NCBI GenBank assembly: GCA_963745855.1
Contig: CAVUZR010000021.1
Location: forward strand, 851-64,850
DNA length: 64,000 bases
Direction of reading: 5' to 3'
Source of the DNA: an uncultured Alphaproteobacteria bacterium
Lineage (GTDB): Bacteria; Pseudomonadota; Alphaproteobacteria; Rhizobiales; Methyloligellaceae
Of the stretch, positions 37,139 through 48,145 are shown one piece after another (positions within the stretch are counted from its first letter, which is position 1; each line of letters opens with the position of its first letter). Under the pieces are notes generated by a model, which was not told where the DNA came from, did no database searches, and was given only the letters and a program-made list of their open reading frames with translations. The position numbers and the translations under genes are program-made.

Positions 37139-40100
37139 TCAGCGTGGACCGGCTCGGAACTTGGATAGGCCTTCGGCTTCGCCGCGAATTTGCGCACCAC
37201 CACGTAAAACACCGGCGTGAAGATCAGGCCGAAGACGGTGACGCCGATCATGCCGAAAAACACCGCGGTGCCCAGCGACTGGCGCATCTCGGCACCCGCG
37301 CCGGTGGCGATGACGAGCGGCAACACGCCGAGGATGAAGGCGAAGGAGGTCATGAGGATCGGGCGCAAGCGCACGCGCGCGGCCTCCGTCGCCGCCTGGA
37401 AGCGATCCTCGCCATGCTCCTCGTTCTGGCGCGCGAACTCCACGATCAGGATGGCGTTTTTCGCCGCCAAGCCAATAAGCACGACGAAACCGATCTGAGC
37501 GAGGATGTTTACGTCCATGCCACGAAGTAGGAGGCCGCTGATGGCGGCGAGCAAACACATGGGCACGATCAGAATGACGGCGAGCGGCAGCGACCAGCTC
37601 TCGTATTGCGCGGAGAGCAGCAGAAACACGAACACCACCGAGGCGCCGAACACATAGATCGCGGTGTTGCCGGCGAGCTGTTCCTGATAGGCGATTTCAG
37701 TCCAGGCCGCCGCATAGCCCTCCGGCAAGACCTGCTGGGCAATCTTGTCCATGGCGGCGAGCCCGTAGCCGGTGGAGAAGCCGGGCGCGGTGCCACCCTG
37801 CACGGCGGCGGACGGAAACAGGTTGAAATGCTCGACGCGATAGGGCCCGGTGATGTCGCGGAAGGACGCCACGGAGCCGAGGGGCACCATCTCGCCATTG
37901 GCGTTGCGCGTCTTAAGCTGCGAGATATCGTGCAGGTCCTGGCGAAACCTGCCGTCGGCTTGTGCCGTGACGCGGTAGGTACGGCCGAGGAAATTGAAGT
38001 CGTTCACATATTGGGAGCCGAGATAGACTTCGAGCGTGGTGAAGACGTCATCGGCCTTGACCCCTAGCATCTCGGCGCGGATGCGATCGATATCCGCCCA
38101 GACCTTGGGCGTCCGCGTGTTGAAGGTGGTGAACACACTCACGAGCCCCGGAGTCTGATTGGCGGCCGCCATGACGCCCTGTGCCACCCCTTCGAGCTCC
38201 GACAGTTCGCCGCCATGGGTGTCCTGCACCTCAAGCTTGAACCCGCCGGTGGTGCCGATGCCGCGCACCGGCGGCGGCGACACGCTGATAACCAGCGCGT
38301 CCTGGATCGCGGCGAATTTCTGGTTGAGCAGGACGCTGATCTTCTGCGCGGTCAGTCCGTCCTTGGCGCGCTCGTCGAACGCCTTGAGCGGCGAAAAGAT
38401 CACGGCTGAATTTGGCGCGTTGGTAAAGGTAGCGCCGTCCAACCCCACGATCGGCACGGTATGGGCGACCCCCGGCGTGTCCAGCACCAGCTTGTTGACG
38501 CGCCGCGCCAGCTCGTCAGTGCGGGCGAGCGAGGCTCCGGGCGGCAGCTGGACGATGTTGATGAGGTAGCCCTGATCCTGCTGCGGGATGAAACCGGTTG
38601 GCGCCCGGCTGAACTCGAAGATGGTGAGGCCGATCAGACCGGCATAGACCATCACCATGATCAAGGACACGCGCACAAGACGACCGGTCAGCTTGCCATA
38701 ACGGAAGGACAGCCATTCGAAGGCGCGATTGAAACCCCGGAAGAAGGCGTTGATCGGCCGGACGAAAATGTTCTGGCGTTGCGGATGCGGCTCGTGCGGC
38801 TTGAATAGGAGCGCGCAGAGCGCTGGGCTCAGAGTGAGCGAGACGATGAGCGAGATGACGGTCGAGGTGGCGATGGTGACGGCGAACTGACGGAAGAACT
38901 GGCCGAGAATGCCGGTGAGAAAGACCGACGGGATGAACACCGCCGTCAGCACGAGGGCGATCGCGACTAGCGCGCCGCCAACCTCTTCCATGGTCTTGTA
39001 GGCGGCGTCGCGCGGGCTCAAGCCTTCGCGAATGTTTCGCTCCACGTTCTCGACCACGACGATTGCGTCGTCGACCACGATGCCAATAGCGAGAAGCAAA
39101 CCGAACAGGGAGAGATTGTTGAGCGAGTAGCCCAGCGCCGACAGCATGGCAAAAGTGCCGATCAACGATACCGGGATGGCGACGATCGGCACGATCGAGG
39201 CGCGCCACGTCTGCAAGAACAGGATGATCACCACCACGACGAGGACCACGGCCTCGAACATGGTGTGGATCACCGCCTCCACCGATTGCGAAATGAAGAC
39301 CGTCGGATTGTAGACGATGTCGTATTTGAGGCCGGCGGGAAAGGACTCCGACAGCTTCTTCATGGTCGCCTGGACTTGGGCCGCGGTAGCGAGCGCGTTC
39401 GAGCCGGGACGCTGGAAGATACCGAGCGGCACCGCCACCCTCTCGTCGAGATAGCCATTGCGGCCGTAATCGGCGGCGCCAAGCTCCACCCTGCCGATAT
39501 CGCGGATGCGGACCACGCGCCCGTCGCTGCCCGACTTGACGATGATGTTGCCGAACTGCTCCGGATCGGTGAGCCGCCCTAGCGTTTCGACGTTGTATTG
39601 GAAGGCGCCTGGTTGCGGCACCGGCGGCTGGTTGGTCACGCCGGCGGCGACTTGCACGTTCTGCCCTCGGAGCGCGGCGACCACGTCACCGGCGGTCAGG
39701 TTGCGCATGGCGAGCTTCTCCGGATCGAGCCAGATGCGCATCGAATAATCGCGCGCGCCGAAGATGGTGACGTTGCCGACGCCGTCGATGCGCGACAGCA
39801 CGTCCTTCACGTGCAAGGTCGCGTAGTTGGAGATGTAGAGTTGGTCGCGCATGCCGTCTGGCGAAAACAGGTGGATCACCAGCATCAGGTCCGGCGACTG
39901 TTTAGTCACCGTCACGCCGATGTTGCGCACCTCCTCCGGCAGCCGCGGCTGGGCGACGGCGACGCGGTTTTGCACCAGCACCTGCGCGGTATCGAGATCA
40001 GTGCCGAGCTTGAAGGTGACCGTTAGCGACATGTTGCCGTCGCCGGTCGACTGCGACGTCATATAGAGCATGTTGTCGACGCCGTTGACCTCCTGCTCAA

Positions 40101-40332
40101 TCGGAGTTGCCACGGTCTTGGCCACGATCTCGGCGGAGGCGCCCGGATATTGCGTGGTGACCGAGATCGACGGCGGCGCGATGTCCGGGTACTGGGCGAC
40201 GGGCAGCGCGAAATAGGCAACGCCGCCGATCAGCGTGATGATGATGGAGATGACCGCGGCGAAGATCGGCCGGTCGATGAAGAAATGCGAAATGTTGGTG
40301 GGGCGATCGCCCTGAGGCGTGCTGTCGGTCAT
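37135..40332 (-). CDS. RND efflux transporter permease (AcrB/HAE1 family)
   Basis: 1065 aa. N-terminus ..ISHFFIDRPIFAAVISIIITLIGGVAYFALPVAQYPDIAPP.. with twelve-TM architecture. Confidence 0.9.
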   Translation of the reverse strand: MTDSTPQGDRPTNISHFFIDRPIFAAVISIIITLIGGVAYFALPVAQYPDIAPPSISVTTQYPGASAEIVAKTVATPIEQEVNGVDNMLYMTSQSTGDGNMSLTVTFKLGTDLDTAQVLVQNRVAVAQPRLPEEVRNIGVTVTKQSPDLMLVIHLFSPDGMRDQLYISNYATLHVKDVLSRIDGVGNVTIFGARDYSMRIWLDPEKLAMRNLTAGDVVAALRGQNVQVAAGVTNQPPVPQPGAFQYNVETLGRLTDPEQFGNIIVKSGSDGRVVRIRDIGRVELGAADYGRNGYLDERVAVPLGIFQRPGSNALATAAQVQATMKKLSESFPAGLKYDIVYNPTVFISQSVEAVIHTMFEAVVLVVVVIILFLQTWRASIVPIVAIPVSLIGTFAMLSALGYSLNNLSLFGLLLAIGIVVDDAIVVVENVERNIREGLSPRDAAYKTMEEVGGALVAIALVLTAVFIPSVFLTGILGQFFRQFAVTIATSTVISLIVSLTLSPALCALLFKPHEPHPQRQNIFVRPINAFFRGFNRAFEWLSFRYGKLTGRLVRVSLIMVMVYAGLIGLTIFEFSRAPTGFIPQQDQGYLINIVQLPPGASLARTDELARRVNKLVLDTPGVAHTVPIVGLDGATFTNAPNSAVIFSPLKAFDERAKDGLTAQKISVLLNQKFAAIQDALVISVSPPPVRGIGTTGGFKLEVQDTHGGELSELEGVAQGVMAAANQTPGLVSVFTTFNTRTPKVWADIDRIRAEMLGVKADDVFTTLEVYLGSQYVNDFNFLGRTYRVTAQADGRFRQDLHDISQLKTRNANGEMVPLGSVASFRDITGPYRVEHFNLFPSAAVQGGTAPGFSTGYGLAAMDKIAQQVLPEGYAAAWTEIAYQEQLAGNTAIYVFGASVVFVFLLLSAQYESWSLPLAVILIVPMCLLAAISGLLLRGMDVNILAQIGFVVLIGLAAKNAILIVEFARQNEEHGEDRFQAATEAARVRLRPILMTSFAFILGVLPLVIATGAGAEMRQSLGTAVFFGMIGVTVFGLIFTPVFYVVVRKFAAKPKAYPSSEPVHAE

Positions 40333-41705
40333 TGTTGCTTCGGTACGGCCGCGCCTTCAACCGTGCCCTGCTCCGGCGTGACTTTCTGCCCGGGGCGGGC
40401 GCGCAGGAGACCGGTGACGATCACTTCGTCGTCCTTGGTGATGCCGCTCCTAACGATGCGCAAATTGCCGTCGACCACCGGGCCGAGCTCGACCGGTTTC
40501 GGCACCACTGTGCCGTCCGGCGCGACCGTGAACAGGAGCTTGGTGGATTGGTCGGTCACGACGGCCGCATCCGCCACAAGCATGACCGGATGAAGCTGTG
40601 ACATCGGCACCTTAACGCGGCCGAATTGGCCGGGCGTGATGAAATACTCGGGATTGGGGAAGGCAGCGCGCACGCGTATGGTGCCGGTCGTGCGGTCATA
40701 TTGATTGTCGACGAAGTCGATGGTGCCTTTCATCGGCCAGTCGGTCTCATCCATGAGCTGGGCCCGCACCTCCACCGTATTGCTGCGAGCGGACGGGATT
40801 TCGCCTTTCGCCACGAGACGCTTATAGGTCATGCCGTCGCCCTCGCTCACGTTGAAGAAGATGTGGATGGGATCGAGCGAGACGATGGTGGTGAGCAGGG
40901 TAGGCGTGCCGGTGGTGCCGCCGATGACCAGATTGCCGACGCTGAGCTCGTGCCGGCTCGCGCGGCCCGCGATCGGTGCGGTCACCCGCGTATAGTCGAG
41001 ATTGAGCTGCGCCTGGTCGAGCTGGGCAATCGAGGAATCCCGGGTCGCCGTCGCCGTGTTCACCTGGGCAACGCGCTCGTCATAGGTCTCTTCCGTGGCG
41101 TAGCTCTTCTTCCTGAGCTCGGCAGTGCGGGCGAGCTGGGCCTTGGCCAGGTCAAGGTTGGCGTTGGCCTCGGCGAGATTTGCTTTGGCGGATTCGAGCG
41201 CGAGCTCGAACGGCTTTGGCTCGATCACGAACAGCAGGTCACCCTTCTTGACGATCTGCCCGTCGGTGAAATTGATGGATTCTAGATAGCCGCTGACGCG
41301 AGCGCGCACGTCGACGGAATCCACGGCCTCGAATTGCCCGGTGAAATCCTTAGATTCGACGAGCTCTCTTATGATGGGCTTGGCCACGGTTACCGCCGGA
41401 GGCGGTGGAGCTGCCGCGGTCGTTTGCTGCCCCCCCTGCAAAAACGGTAGATGCTCCCAAAAGCCCCAATAGCGGTAGAGCAGCACAGCGAGGCCAACCG
41501 CCAGCGTCAGAAATATGACGCGACCGACCCCTTTGCGCGGCCGGGGTGGAGGCTCGTCGGCGCGGGCGGGCGGAGGCGCAGCAGGCGCCTCATCCGGCTT
41601 GACCTTCAGCGTCGTGGTGTCGCCTGCGGCCTCGGCAATGCCGCCCCGGCGCGGACCGTTTGTCTCGTTTCTCTGCGCGTTCATGATCAATGCCAGGTGC
41701 GCCAA
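40329..41705 (-). CDS. RND efflux periplasmic adaptor (MFP) subunit
   Basis: ..VRARVSGYLESINFTDGQIVKKGDLLFVIEPKPFE.. lipoyl-like motif plus a coiled coil. It overlaps the permease start by 4 nt. Confidence 0.85.
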   Translation of the reverse strand: MAHLALIMNAQRNETNGPRRGGIAEAAGDTTTLKVKPDEAPAAPPPARADEPPPRPRKGVGRVIFLTLAVGLAVLLYRYWGFWEHLPFLQGGQQTTAAAPPPPAVTVAKPIIRELVESKDFTGQFEAVDSVDVRARVSGYLESINFTDGQIVKKGDLLFVIEPKPFELALESAKANLAEANANLDLAKAQLARTAELRKKSYATEETYDERVAQVNTATATRDSSIAQLDQAQLNLDYTRVTAPIAGRASRHELSVGNLVIGGTTGTPTLLTTIVSLDPIHIFFNVSEGDGMTYKRLVAKGEIPSARSNTVEVRAQLMDETDWPMKGTIDFVDNQYDRTTGTIRVRAAFPNPEYFITPGQFGRVKVPMSQLHPVMLVADAAVVTDQSTKLLFTVAPDGTVVPKPVELGPVVDGNLRIVRSGITKDDEVIVTGLLRARPGQKVTPEQGTVEGAAVPKQQ

Positions 41706-42239
41706 TGAGTCAGGCGTCCCGGCCTCGCTTGGGTTGGTATCGCCGGGAGCTTAGCCGGGGACGGCCAAAACGCAAAACACCAAGGTTTGATTGCGTCGAT
41801 TGGGCCGTCAGCCCTGTTCGGGCATGACTGTTTCGCCATTCGGGAAGTGGATAAAAGTACTTTCTGGCACTTTGAAGTTGGTAGCGAGCAAGAGATCGGG
41901 CGTGGAGGCCATCCAGGCGGTGATGGAGATCGACTGATGCAGATGCTCGACGGCCTTTCGCGCCAAGTTTTGTGCGCATTTCGCCCCCATCATGCCGCAA
42001 CATTCGGAGTGGCCAGGAGGTTCCCGCATGGTACTGGCGGATCACCAGAAATTGGATGGCTGGGCCAAACTTCATCGTCGTGGCGGAGTTGTGCTGCTTT
42101 CGGCGTCGATCCTCGAATTCATTGTCTGACGATCTGTTTTGCCGCCGCGGCAAAAGCCGTCCAGCTTCAGCGTCGACCAAATCATGCAGGAGCTGCAGAA
42201 ACCGCAGGGTGGCTAGCGAGAATACCACCATAGGAGGAT

Positions 42240-43671
42240 TTGATGCGTCGGTATTTGACGGCCCTAGCGTTTGGGCTTGTTTTTGCGTGTGGCGTGGCTC
42301 CGGCCGCTACGGCCGAGGCCGCCACCATCACCGCGGAAGAGGCGCACGCCATAGGCGTCGATGCCTATCTCTATTTCTACTCCCTCGTGACCATGGATGT
42401 GACGCGCAAGCAGCTCACCAATCAGGAGCCGAACTCCTGGGGGCATCGGCGGCCCGATGAACAGCTTCGCCAATGTCGGAGCGTTTCCCTCCGCCGACAT
42501 GAAGGTCGTGGTCAGGCCGAATTTCGACACGCTCTATTCGAGCGGCTGGCTCGACCTGACCAAGGAACCGATGGTCGTCTCCGTGCCTGACACCGGCGGG
42601 CGCTATTATCTCCTGCCCATGCTCGACATGTGGACAGACGTGTTTGCCTCGCCTGGCTGGCGCACCACGGGAACGGAAGCCGGCAACTTTCTGGTGACGC
42701 CCCCAGGCTGGAGCGGCACGGTGCCTGACGGCTTCACTGAGATCAAAGCGCCGACGCCCTATGTGTGGATCATCGGCCGCACCAAGACCGACGGGCCTGC
42801 CGATTACGACAGCGTGCACAAGATCCAGGAGGGCTACAAGATCACGCCGCTGTCGGAGTGGGGCAAGGAGCCGGTAGCGCCGGAGGTTAAGATCGACCCC
42901 TCCATCGATATGAAGACTCCGCCGAAGAAACAAGTCGACACCATGCCTGCCGGGCCGTTCTTCGCCTATGCCGCCGATCTGCTCAAGCTTCATCCGCCGC
43001 ACATCACCGATGAGCCGATCATCGCGCAGCTGAAGCGCATTGGCTTCGAGGTTGGCAAGAGCTTCGATCTGGATAAGGCCGATCCCGCCGTCAAGAAGGG
43101 GCTCGCAAGCGCGCCAGAGGACGCCCAGAAGCTGATGGCGTGGAAAGTTCCAACGCTTGCCAGGATCGCCAACTATTGGTCGATGAACACCGACACCATG
43201 GGCGTCTATGGCAACTACTATCTGAAGCGCGCCATCGTTACCCAGCTCGGCCTTGGTGCCAATCTCCCGGGCGACGCCATCTATCCCCTCAATCTCGCCG
43301 ATGACACGGGAAAGCCTCTCGATGGCGCGAGCAATTACACCCTCCACTTCGACAAGGACCAAATACCGCCGGCGCGGGCCTTCTGGTCGATAACCTTGTA
43401 TGACAATGACGGGTTCCAGGTGGCGAATTCCTTGAACCGCTTCGCCGTGTCGAGCTGGATGCCGTTCCACTACAATCCCGACGGCTCGCTCGACCTCTAT
43501 TTCCAGAATGAGAGTCCCGGCGCCGACAAGGAGGCCAACTGGCTGCCGGCGCCGAAAGGACCATACAATTTGACCATGCGTCTCTACGCGCCGAAATCGG
43601 AGGCGCTAACCGGCAGATGGAACCCGCCGCCGGTCATCAAGGCTCAGGCGCTGCCTGCCGCGGCGCAATGA
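42240..43671 (+). pseudogene. DUF1254/DUF1214 domain protein, frameshift near 42435-42455
   Basis: The signal peptide and ..AIGVDAYLYFYSLVTMDVTRKQLTNQEP.. (42240 frame) continue as ..GGIGGPMNSFANV..RPNFDTLYSSGWLDL.. (42457 frame). The C-terminus is ..NWLPAPKGPYNLTMRLYAPK.. Confidence 0.7.
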
Positions 43672-44450
43672 CGAGACTCGCACGGAGCTTCAGCGCGCCG
43701 GGCAGTAAACTTGGCGGCAGGGAGAGCCCGCGAGCCATGGCTCGACAAGTAACCAATCGACACGTAAGGGACAGACTTAGCCGCTTGCAGGAGCACTGGC
43801 GAGATCCGCTGCTCACTGCGCTGACCATCATGCTCGCTCTGTGGCTATTCGTGATCTCGCCTCTGCACAACGATGCGATCATCAGCACCGAGATCCTAGG
43901 TTTCGCTCTTTCCTTGATGCTGACCGCGGTGCTTCTCGTCCTTTCCAATAGTCCGGCCGCGGCGGTCCTGATGCTGCTGGCGATTGGTCTTGCGTCCACG
44001 GCGGCGCTGCTTCGCTTCAAGCATCCATCGGTCCTGGATGTGTGTCTGAATGCAGGTGCGTGGCTGCTGATTGGCGTGGTTTTGATTTGGGGGGTTGGCA
44101 AGGCTGTGTTTGCGCCCGGGCGAATCACCTATCATCGCATCATGGGTGCGATCCTCCTCTATCTGGCGATCGGCCTGGCGTTCGTTTCGCTCTTCACCCT
44201 GCTCGGCCTGCTTATCCCAGATGCCTTCACGGGCATGTCCATCACAGATAGCCCGAGCTTCACCAGCACCATGATCTATTTTGTTTTTGGGACCTTGACC
44301 GGAGCAGGGTCCGACAACATTGCGCCTTTGCATCCGATCGCGCGCAGTCTCACGGTTGTAGTTGCGATGATCGGGCAGCTCTATCCTGCTACATTGTTGG
44401 CTAGGCTCGTAACGCTCGAAATCGAAGGCGAAGACAAGCGTGGCCAATAG
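43668..44450 (+). CDS. two-TM ion-channel-like membrane protein with degenerate selectivity filter
   Basis: ..MIYFVFGTLTGAGSDNIAPL.. sits where K+ channels have TxTTxGYGD. The ATG at 43668 overlaps the upstream stop (ATGA); an alternative ATG is at 43737. Confidence 0.55.
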   Translation: MTRLARSFSAPGSKLGGRESPRAMARQVTNRHVRDRLSRLQEHWRDPLLTALTIMLALWLFVISPLHNDAIISTEILGFALSLMLTAVLLVLSNSPAAAVLMLLAIGLASTAALLRFKHPSVLDVCLNAGAWLLIGVVLIWGVGKAVFAPGRITYHRIMGAILLYLAIGLAFVSLFTLLGLLIPDAFTGMSITDSPSFTSTMIYFVFGTLTGAGSDNIAPLHPIARSLTVVVAMIGQLYPATLLARLVTLEIEGEDKRGQ

Positions 44451-44544
44451 CCCCGGGCACCGTCACCAAATCGCTAAGCGATTCATTGAAAATTCCAACA
44501 CCCACTCATTCGCCATCTTTCCCGGTTACAGTTCAGAGGTCTCG

Positions 44545-45570
44545 ATGATCAAAAGCCCTAACCGCCGAATGTTTGCGGTGCTGCTCGCCATTGGGCTTAC
44601 CGGCTTGGTTACAGTGGATGTCCACGCCGAGATCGCGGCGCCAGATCCCCTGCCCTCGTGGAACGACGGGCCGACCAAGCGGTCCATCATCGACTTCGTA
44701 ACGGCCGTGACCAAGGAAGGGGGTACCGACTATGTGGCGCCGCCCGAGCGCATCGCCACATTCGACAATGACGGTACGCTGTGGATCGAGCAGCCGATCT
44801 ACACCCAGTTCGCCTTCGCCGTCGATCGCGTCAAGGCCACGGCCAACAAGCACCCTGAGTGGCAGACGCAAGAGCCGTTCAAATCGATTCTCACGCGCGA
44901 CCTCAAAGGGCTTGCTGCTTCAGGCGAGAAGGGAATGGTCGAGATCGTAGAGGCGACCCATTCGGGGATGACCACCACCGATTTCAACAAGACGGTCAAG
45001 GACTGGCTCGCCATAGCCAAGCATCCCCGCTTCAAGGTGCTCTATACGGATCTCGTTTATCAGCCGATGATCGAACTGCTCGACTACCTGCGCGCCAACG
45101 GCTTCAAGACATTCATCGTGTCGGGCGGCGGGGTCGAGTTCATGCGAACGTTCGCCGACAAGACCTACGGCATTCCGCCAGAGCAGGTGATCGGGTCGTC
45201 AGGCGTCACCCAATATCAGATGTGGGACGCAAGCCCGGTCTTGATAAAAATGCCGAAGGTTTCCTTCGTCGATGACGGGCCCGGCAAGCCGGAAGGCATC
45301 GATCACTTCATCGGACGGCGCCCGATCTTCGCTTTCGGCAATTCCGATGGCGATAAGGAGATGCTGGAATGGACCGCAGCAGGAGATGGCTTGCGCTTCA
45401 TGGGGCTCGTGCATCACACCGATGCGACACGCGAATATGCCTATGACCGGGATTCGAGTGTCGGCAAGCTCGACAAGGCGCTCGAGGAAGCGACCGCGAA
45501 GGGCTGGACCGTGGTCGACATGAAGAACGACTGGAAGACGATTTTTCCCTCCGCGAAGGCGAATCCTTAG
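44545..45570 (+). CDS. secreted HAD-superfamily hydrolase
   Basis: Signal peptide. HAD motif I ..FDNDGTLW.. and motif IV ..FGNSDGDKEM.. Confidence 0.7.
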   Translation: MIKSPNRRMFAVLLAIGLTGLVTVDVHAEIAAPDPLPSWNDGPTKRSIIDFVTAVTKEGGTDYVAPPERIATFDNDGTLWIEQPIYTQFAFAVDRVKATANKHPEWQTQEPFKSILTRDLKGLAASGEKGMVEIVEATHSGMTTTDFNKTVKDWLAIAKHPRFKVLYTDLVYQPMIELLDYLRANGFKTFIVSGGGVEFMRTFADKTYGIPPEQVIGSSGVTQYQMWDASPVLIKMPKVSFVDDGPGKPEGIDHFIGRRPIFAFGNSDGDKEMLEWTAAGDGLRFMGLVHHTDATREYAYDRDSSVGKLDKALEEATAKGWTVVDMKNDWKTIFPSAKANP

Positions 45571-45596
45571 AGTCAAAAAGGAGAACGACGCATGAA

Positions 45597-45782
45597 GCAG
45601 ACGCGGACGGCTCCACGACGATCTACTTCAGCCCGACGCAGCCTGCGGGCGTGAAGCGCGGCAATTGGATTCAGACCATGCCGGGCAAAGGCTGGTTCAC
45701 GATCCTGAGGCTTTATAGCCCGCTCGAACCGTTCTTCGACAAGAGCTGGCGGCCAAGCGAGATCGAGGAGGTGTCGAACTGA
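45597..45782 (+). pseudogene. DUF1214 C-terminal fragment (no start codon)
   Basis: ADADGSTTIYFSPTQPAGVKRGNWIQTMPGKGWFTILRLYSPLEPFFDKSWRPSEIEEV. It parallels the C-terminus of the 42240-43671 protein. Confidence 0.55.
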
Positions 45783-46135
45783 CCGTTCGTCGCTCGACCG
45801 CCGGCAACTCATTTCTTCATGCAGTTGCCAAACAGGGCAAAGGACGACGGGCCGCGGACTAGACAGAAAGACGAGCCCAATTTCGGTCCATGACATCATT
45901 TTTCGATCTTGCTAGAAAGAGGCGGCCAAAGTGGCTACGCAGGTGCGGGGCCTCGCGTGCCTTCCTGATGATCTGCCATATAACTAATTGATATGGTTTG
46001 GTTTATCGGCTGTCAGCGGCCGCATGGAAGCGAGCGACGGGTGATCCGCTACGGGGAAATGTCGGCTCGCTGATGTCATCAAACGAGGCGCTCGATAGTG
46101 CCGGTAGCGAAGCCGGGTCTGCGGCGGGTTAGGCG

Positions 46136-48145
46136 ATGACGCTCGCTGTCGTCCTCGCCATCGCCGCCGCTCTGCTCATTGTCTCGGCGTTGTCGCTTGC
46201 GCTTCTCGGCACGGCGCTTGGCCGCATCCTCGTTTATGGGATCTCGCTGACTCTCGCGGGCATAGGACTCGCCGCCGCCCTCGGCGCGCTGATTGGGCAA
46301 GTTCCTACCGAGACCTTGACTTTGCCGCTGGGCCTTCCCTGGATTGGCGCCCATTTCCGGCTCGACGCGCTCTCGGCATTCTTTCTTGTCGTGGTCAATC
46401 TCGGCGGCGGCGCCGCGAGCCTCTATGCGCTCGGCTTTGGGCGGCATGAGACGGCGCCGCAGCGCGTGCTGCCCTTCTATCCGCTGTTCCTCGCCGGCAT
46501 GACGCTCGTCGTCATCGCCGACGACGCTTTCACCTTCTTGTTCTCCTGGGAGTTCATGTCCCTCTCCTCCTGGGCGCTGGTGATGGCACACGACCATCTG
46601 CGCGAGAATCTGCGCGCTGGATATGTGTATCTGGTGATGGCGAGCTTCGGCACGCTTGCGCTGCTGATCGCCTTCGGACTGCTGGCCGGACCTGACGGCG
46701 CCTACGCATTCGATGCGATCCGCAACAGCCAGGTCGCCCCCGGCCTCGTCCCGCTCGTCCTCATTCTGGTGTTGATCGGCACCGGCTCAAAGGCGGGCCT
46801 CGTGCCGCTGCACGCCTGGCTGCCGCTCGCCCACCCAGCGGCGCCGAGCCATGTCTCCGGGCTATTGAGCGGCGTCATGACCAAGGTCGCCGTCTACGCC
46901 TTCGTGCGCATCGTGTTTGACCTGTTGGGCGATCCGGCCTGGTGGTGGAGCATGGTGGTGCTCGCGCTCGCCGGCATCACCTGCGTCATGGGTGTGCTCT
47001 ACGCGCTGATGCAGCACGATCTGAAGCGGCTGCTCGCCTATCACACGGTCGAGAATATCGGCATCATCTTCATCGGCCTTGGGCTTGCGCTCGGATTTCA
47101 GGCTTACGATCTCGGCTGGGCGGCCGCGCTCGCTTTCACTGCGGCGCTCCTGCACGTGCTCAACCACTCCCTGTTCAAGAACCTCCTGTTCCTCGGCTCA
47201 GGGGCCGTGCTCACCGCCACCGGCGAACGGAACATGGAGCATCTCGGCGGCCTCATTCATCGCATGCCGCTGACGGCCTTCACCTTCCTCGTTGGCTGCG
47301 TCGCCATCTCGGCGCTGCCGCCGCTCAATGGCTTCGTCTCCGAATGGCTGACCTTCCAAGCCATCTTGCAAAGCCCACAGCTCGTCTCATGGGGCCTGAA
47401 ATTTCTGATCCCTGCGGTCGGTGCCCTGCTCGCTCTATCGGCGGCGCTTGCCGCTGCCTGCTTCGTCAAGGCCTTCGGCATCACCTTTCTCGGTCGGCCG
47501 CGCACTGAGGCCGCACGGCGCGCGCATGAAACCGATGCCTTCTCCCTCACCTCGATGTTTGCGCTCGCCACGCTCTGTCTGATCGCCGGCATTCTGCCCG
47601 GCTATTTCATCGACGCGCTCGCGCCGGTCGCCAAATCCATGGTCGGCGAAAGCATGCCGCTGCAACACGGCGTGCCCTTCCTCTCCATCGTCCCGATCGC
47701 CGAGGGCCGTAGCTCCTATAACGGCCTCCTCGTGTTCCTCTTCATGGTGTTCTCTGGTGTCGCCGCGGCAATCGTCATTCATCGATTTGCCTCCGATAGG
47801 ATTCGGCGTGGTCCGGCGTGGGATTGCGGCTATCCGGACCCGAGCACGCAGACCCAATATACCTCCTCAAGCTTCGCCCAGCCCTTCCGCCGAGTGTTCG
47901 GAACGCTAGTGTTTCGCGCGAGTGAGCAGGTCGACATGCCGCCGCCCGGAGATCAAAGACCCGCTCGCCTCGTGGTGCGCCTGACCGACACCATCTGGGA
48001 TGCCCTCTATGAGCCGATCGCGGTTGTCGTCGGCACCATCGCCGACCGGCTGAACCGGCTCCAGTACCTCAGCATCCGCCACTATCTCGGCTTCGTGTTC
48101 GTCTCGCTCGTCGGCCTTCTGCTCGTGCTTGCGATATGGCCATGA
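46136..48145 (+). CDS. hyfB: hydrogenase-4 component B-like antiporter subunit (NuoL/HyfB family)
   Basis: 669-aa polytopic protein with ..FLFSWEFMSLSSWALV.., ..GSKAGLVPLHAWLPLAHPAAPSHVSGLLSG.. Confidence 0.8.
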   Translation: MTLAVVLAIAAALLIVSALSLALLGTALGRILVYGISLTLAGIGLAAALGALIGQVPTETLTLPLGLPWIGAHFRLDALSAFFLVVVNLGGGAASLYALGFGRHETAPQRVLPFYPLFLAGMTLVVIADDAFTFLFSWEFMSLSSWALVMAHDHLRENLRAGYVYLVMASFGTLALLIAFGLLAGPDGAYAFDAIRNSQVAPGLVPLVLILVLIGTGSKAGLVPLHAWLPLAHPAAPSHVSGLLSGVMTKVAVYAFVRIVFDLLGDPAWWWSMVVLALAGITCVMGVLYALMQHDLKRLLAYHTVENIGIIFIGLGLALGFQAYDLGWAAALAFTAALLHVLNHSLFKNLLFLGSGAVLTATGERNMEHLGGLIHRMPLTAFTFLVGCVAISALPPLNGFVSEWLTFQAILQSPQLVSWGLKFLIPAVGALLALSAALAAACFVKAFGITFLGRPRTEAARRAHETDAFSLTSMFALATLCLIAGILPGYFIDALAPVAKSMVGESMPLQHGVPFLSIVPIAEGRSSYNGLLVFLFMVFSGVAAAIVIHRFASDRIRRGPAWDCGYPDPSTQTQYTSSSFAQPFRRVFGTLVFRASEQVDMPPPGDQRPARLVVRLTDTIWDALYEPIAVVVGTIADRLNRLQYLSIRHYLGFVFVSLVGLLLVLAIWP

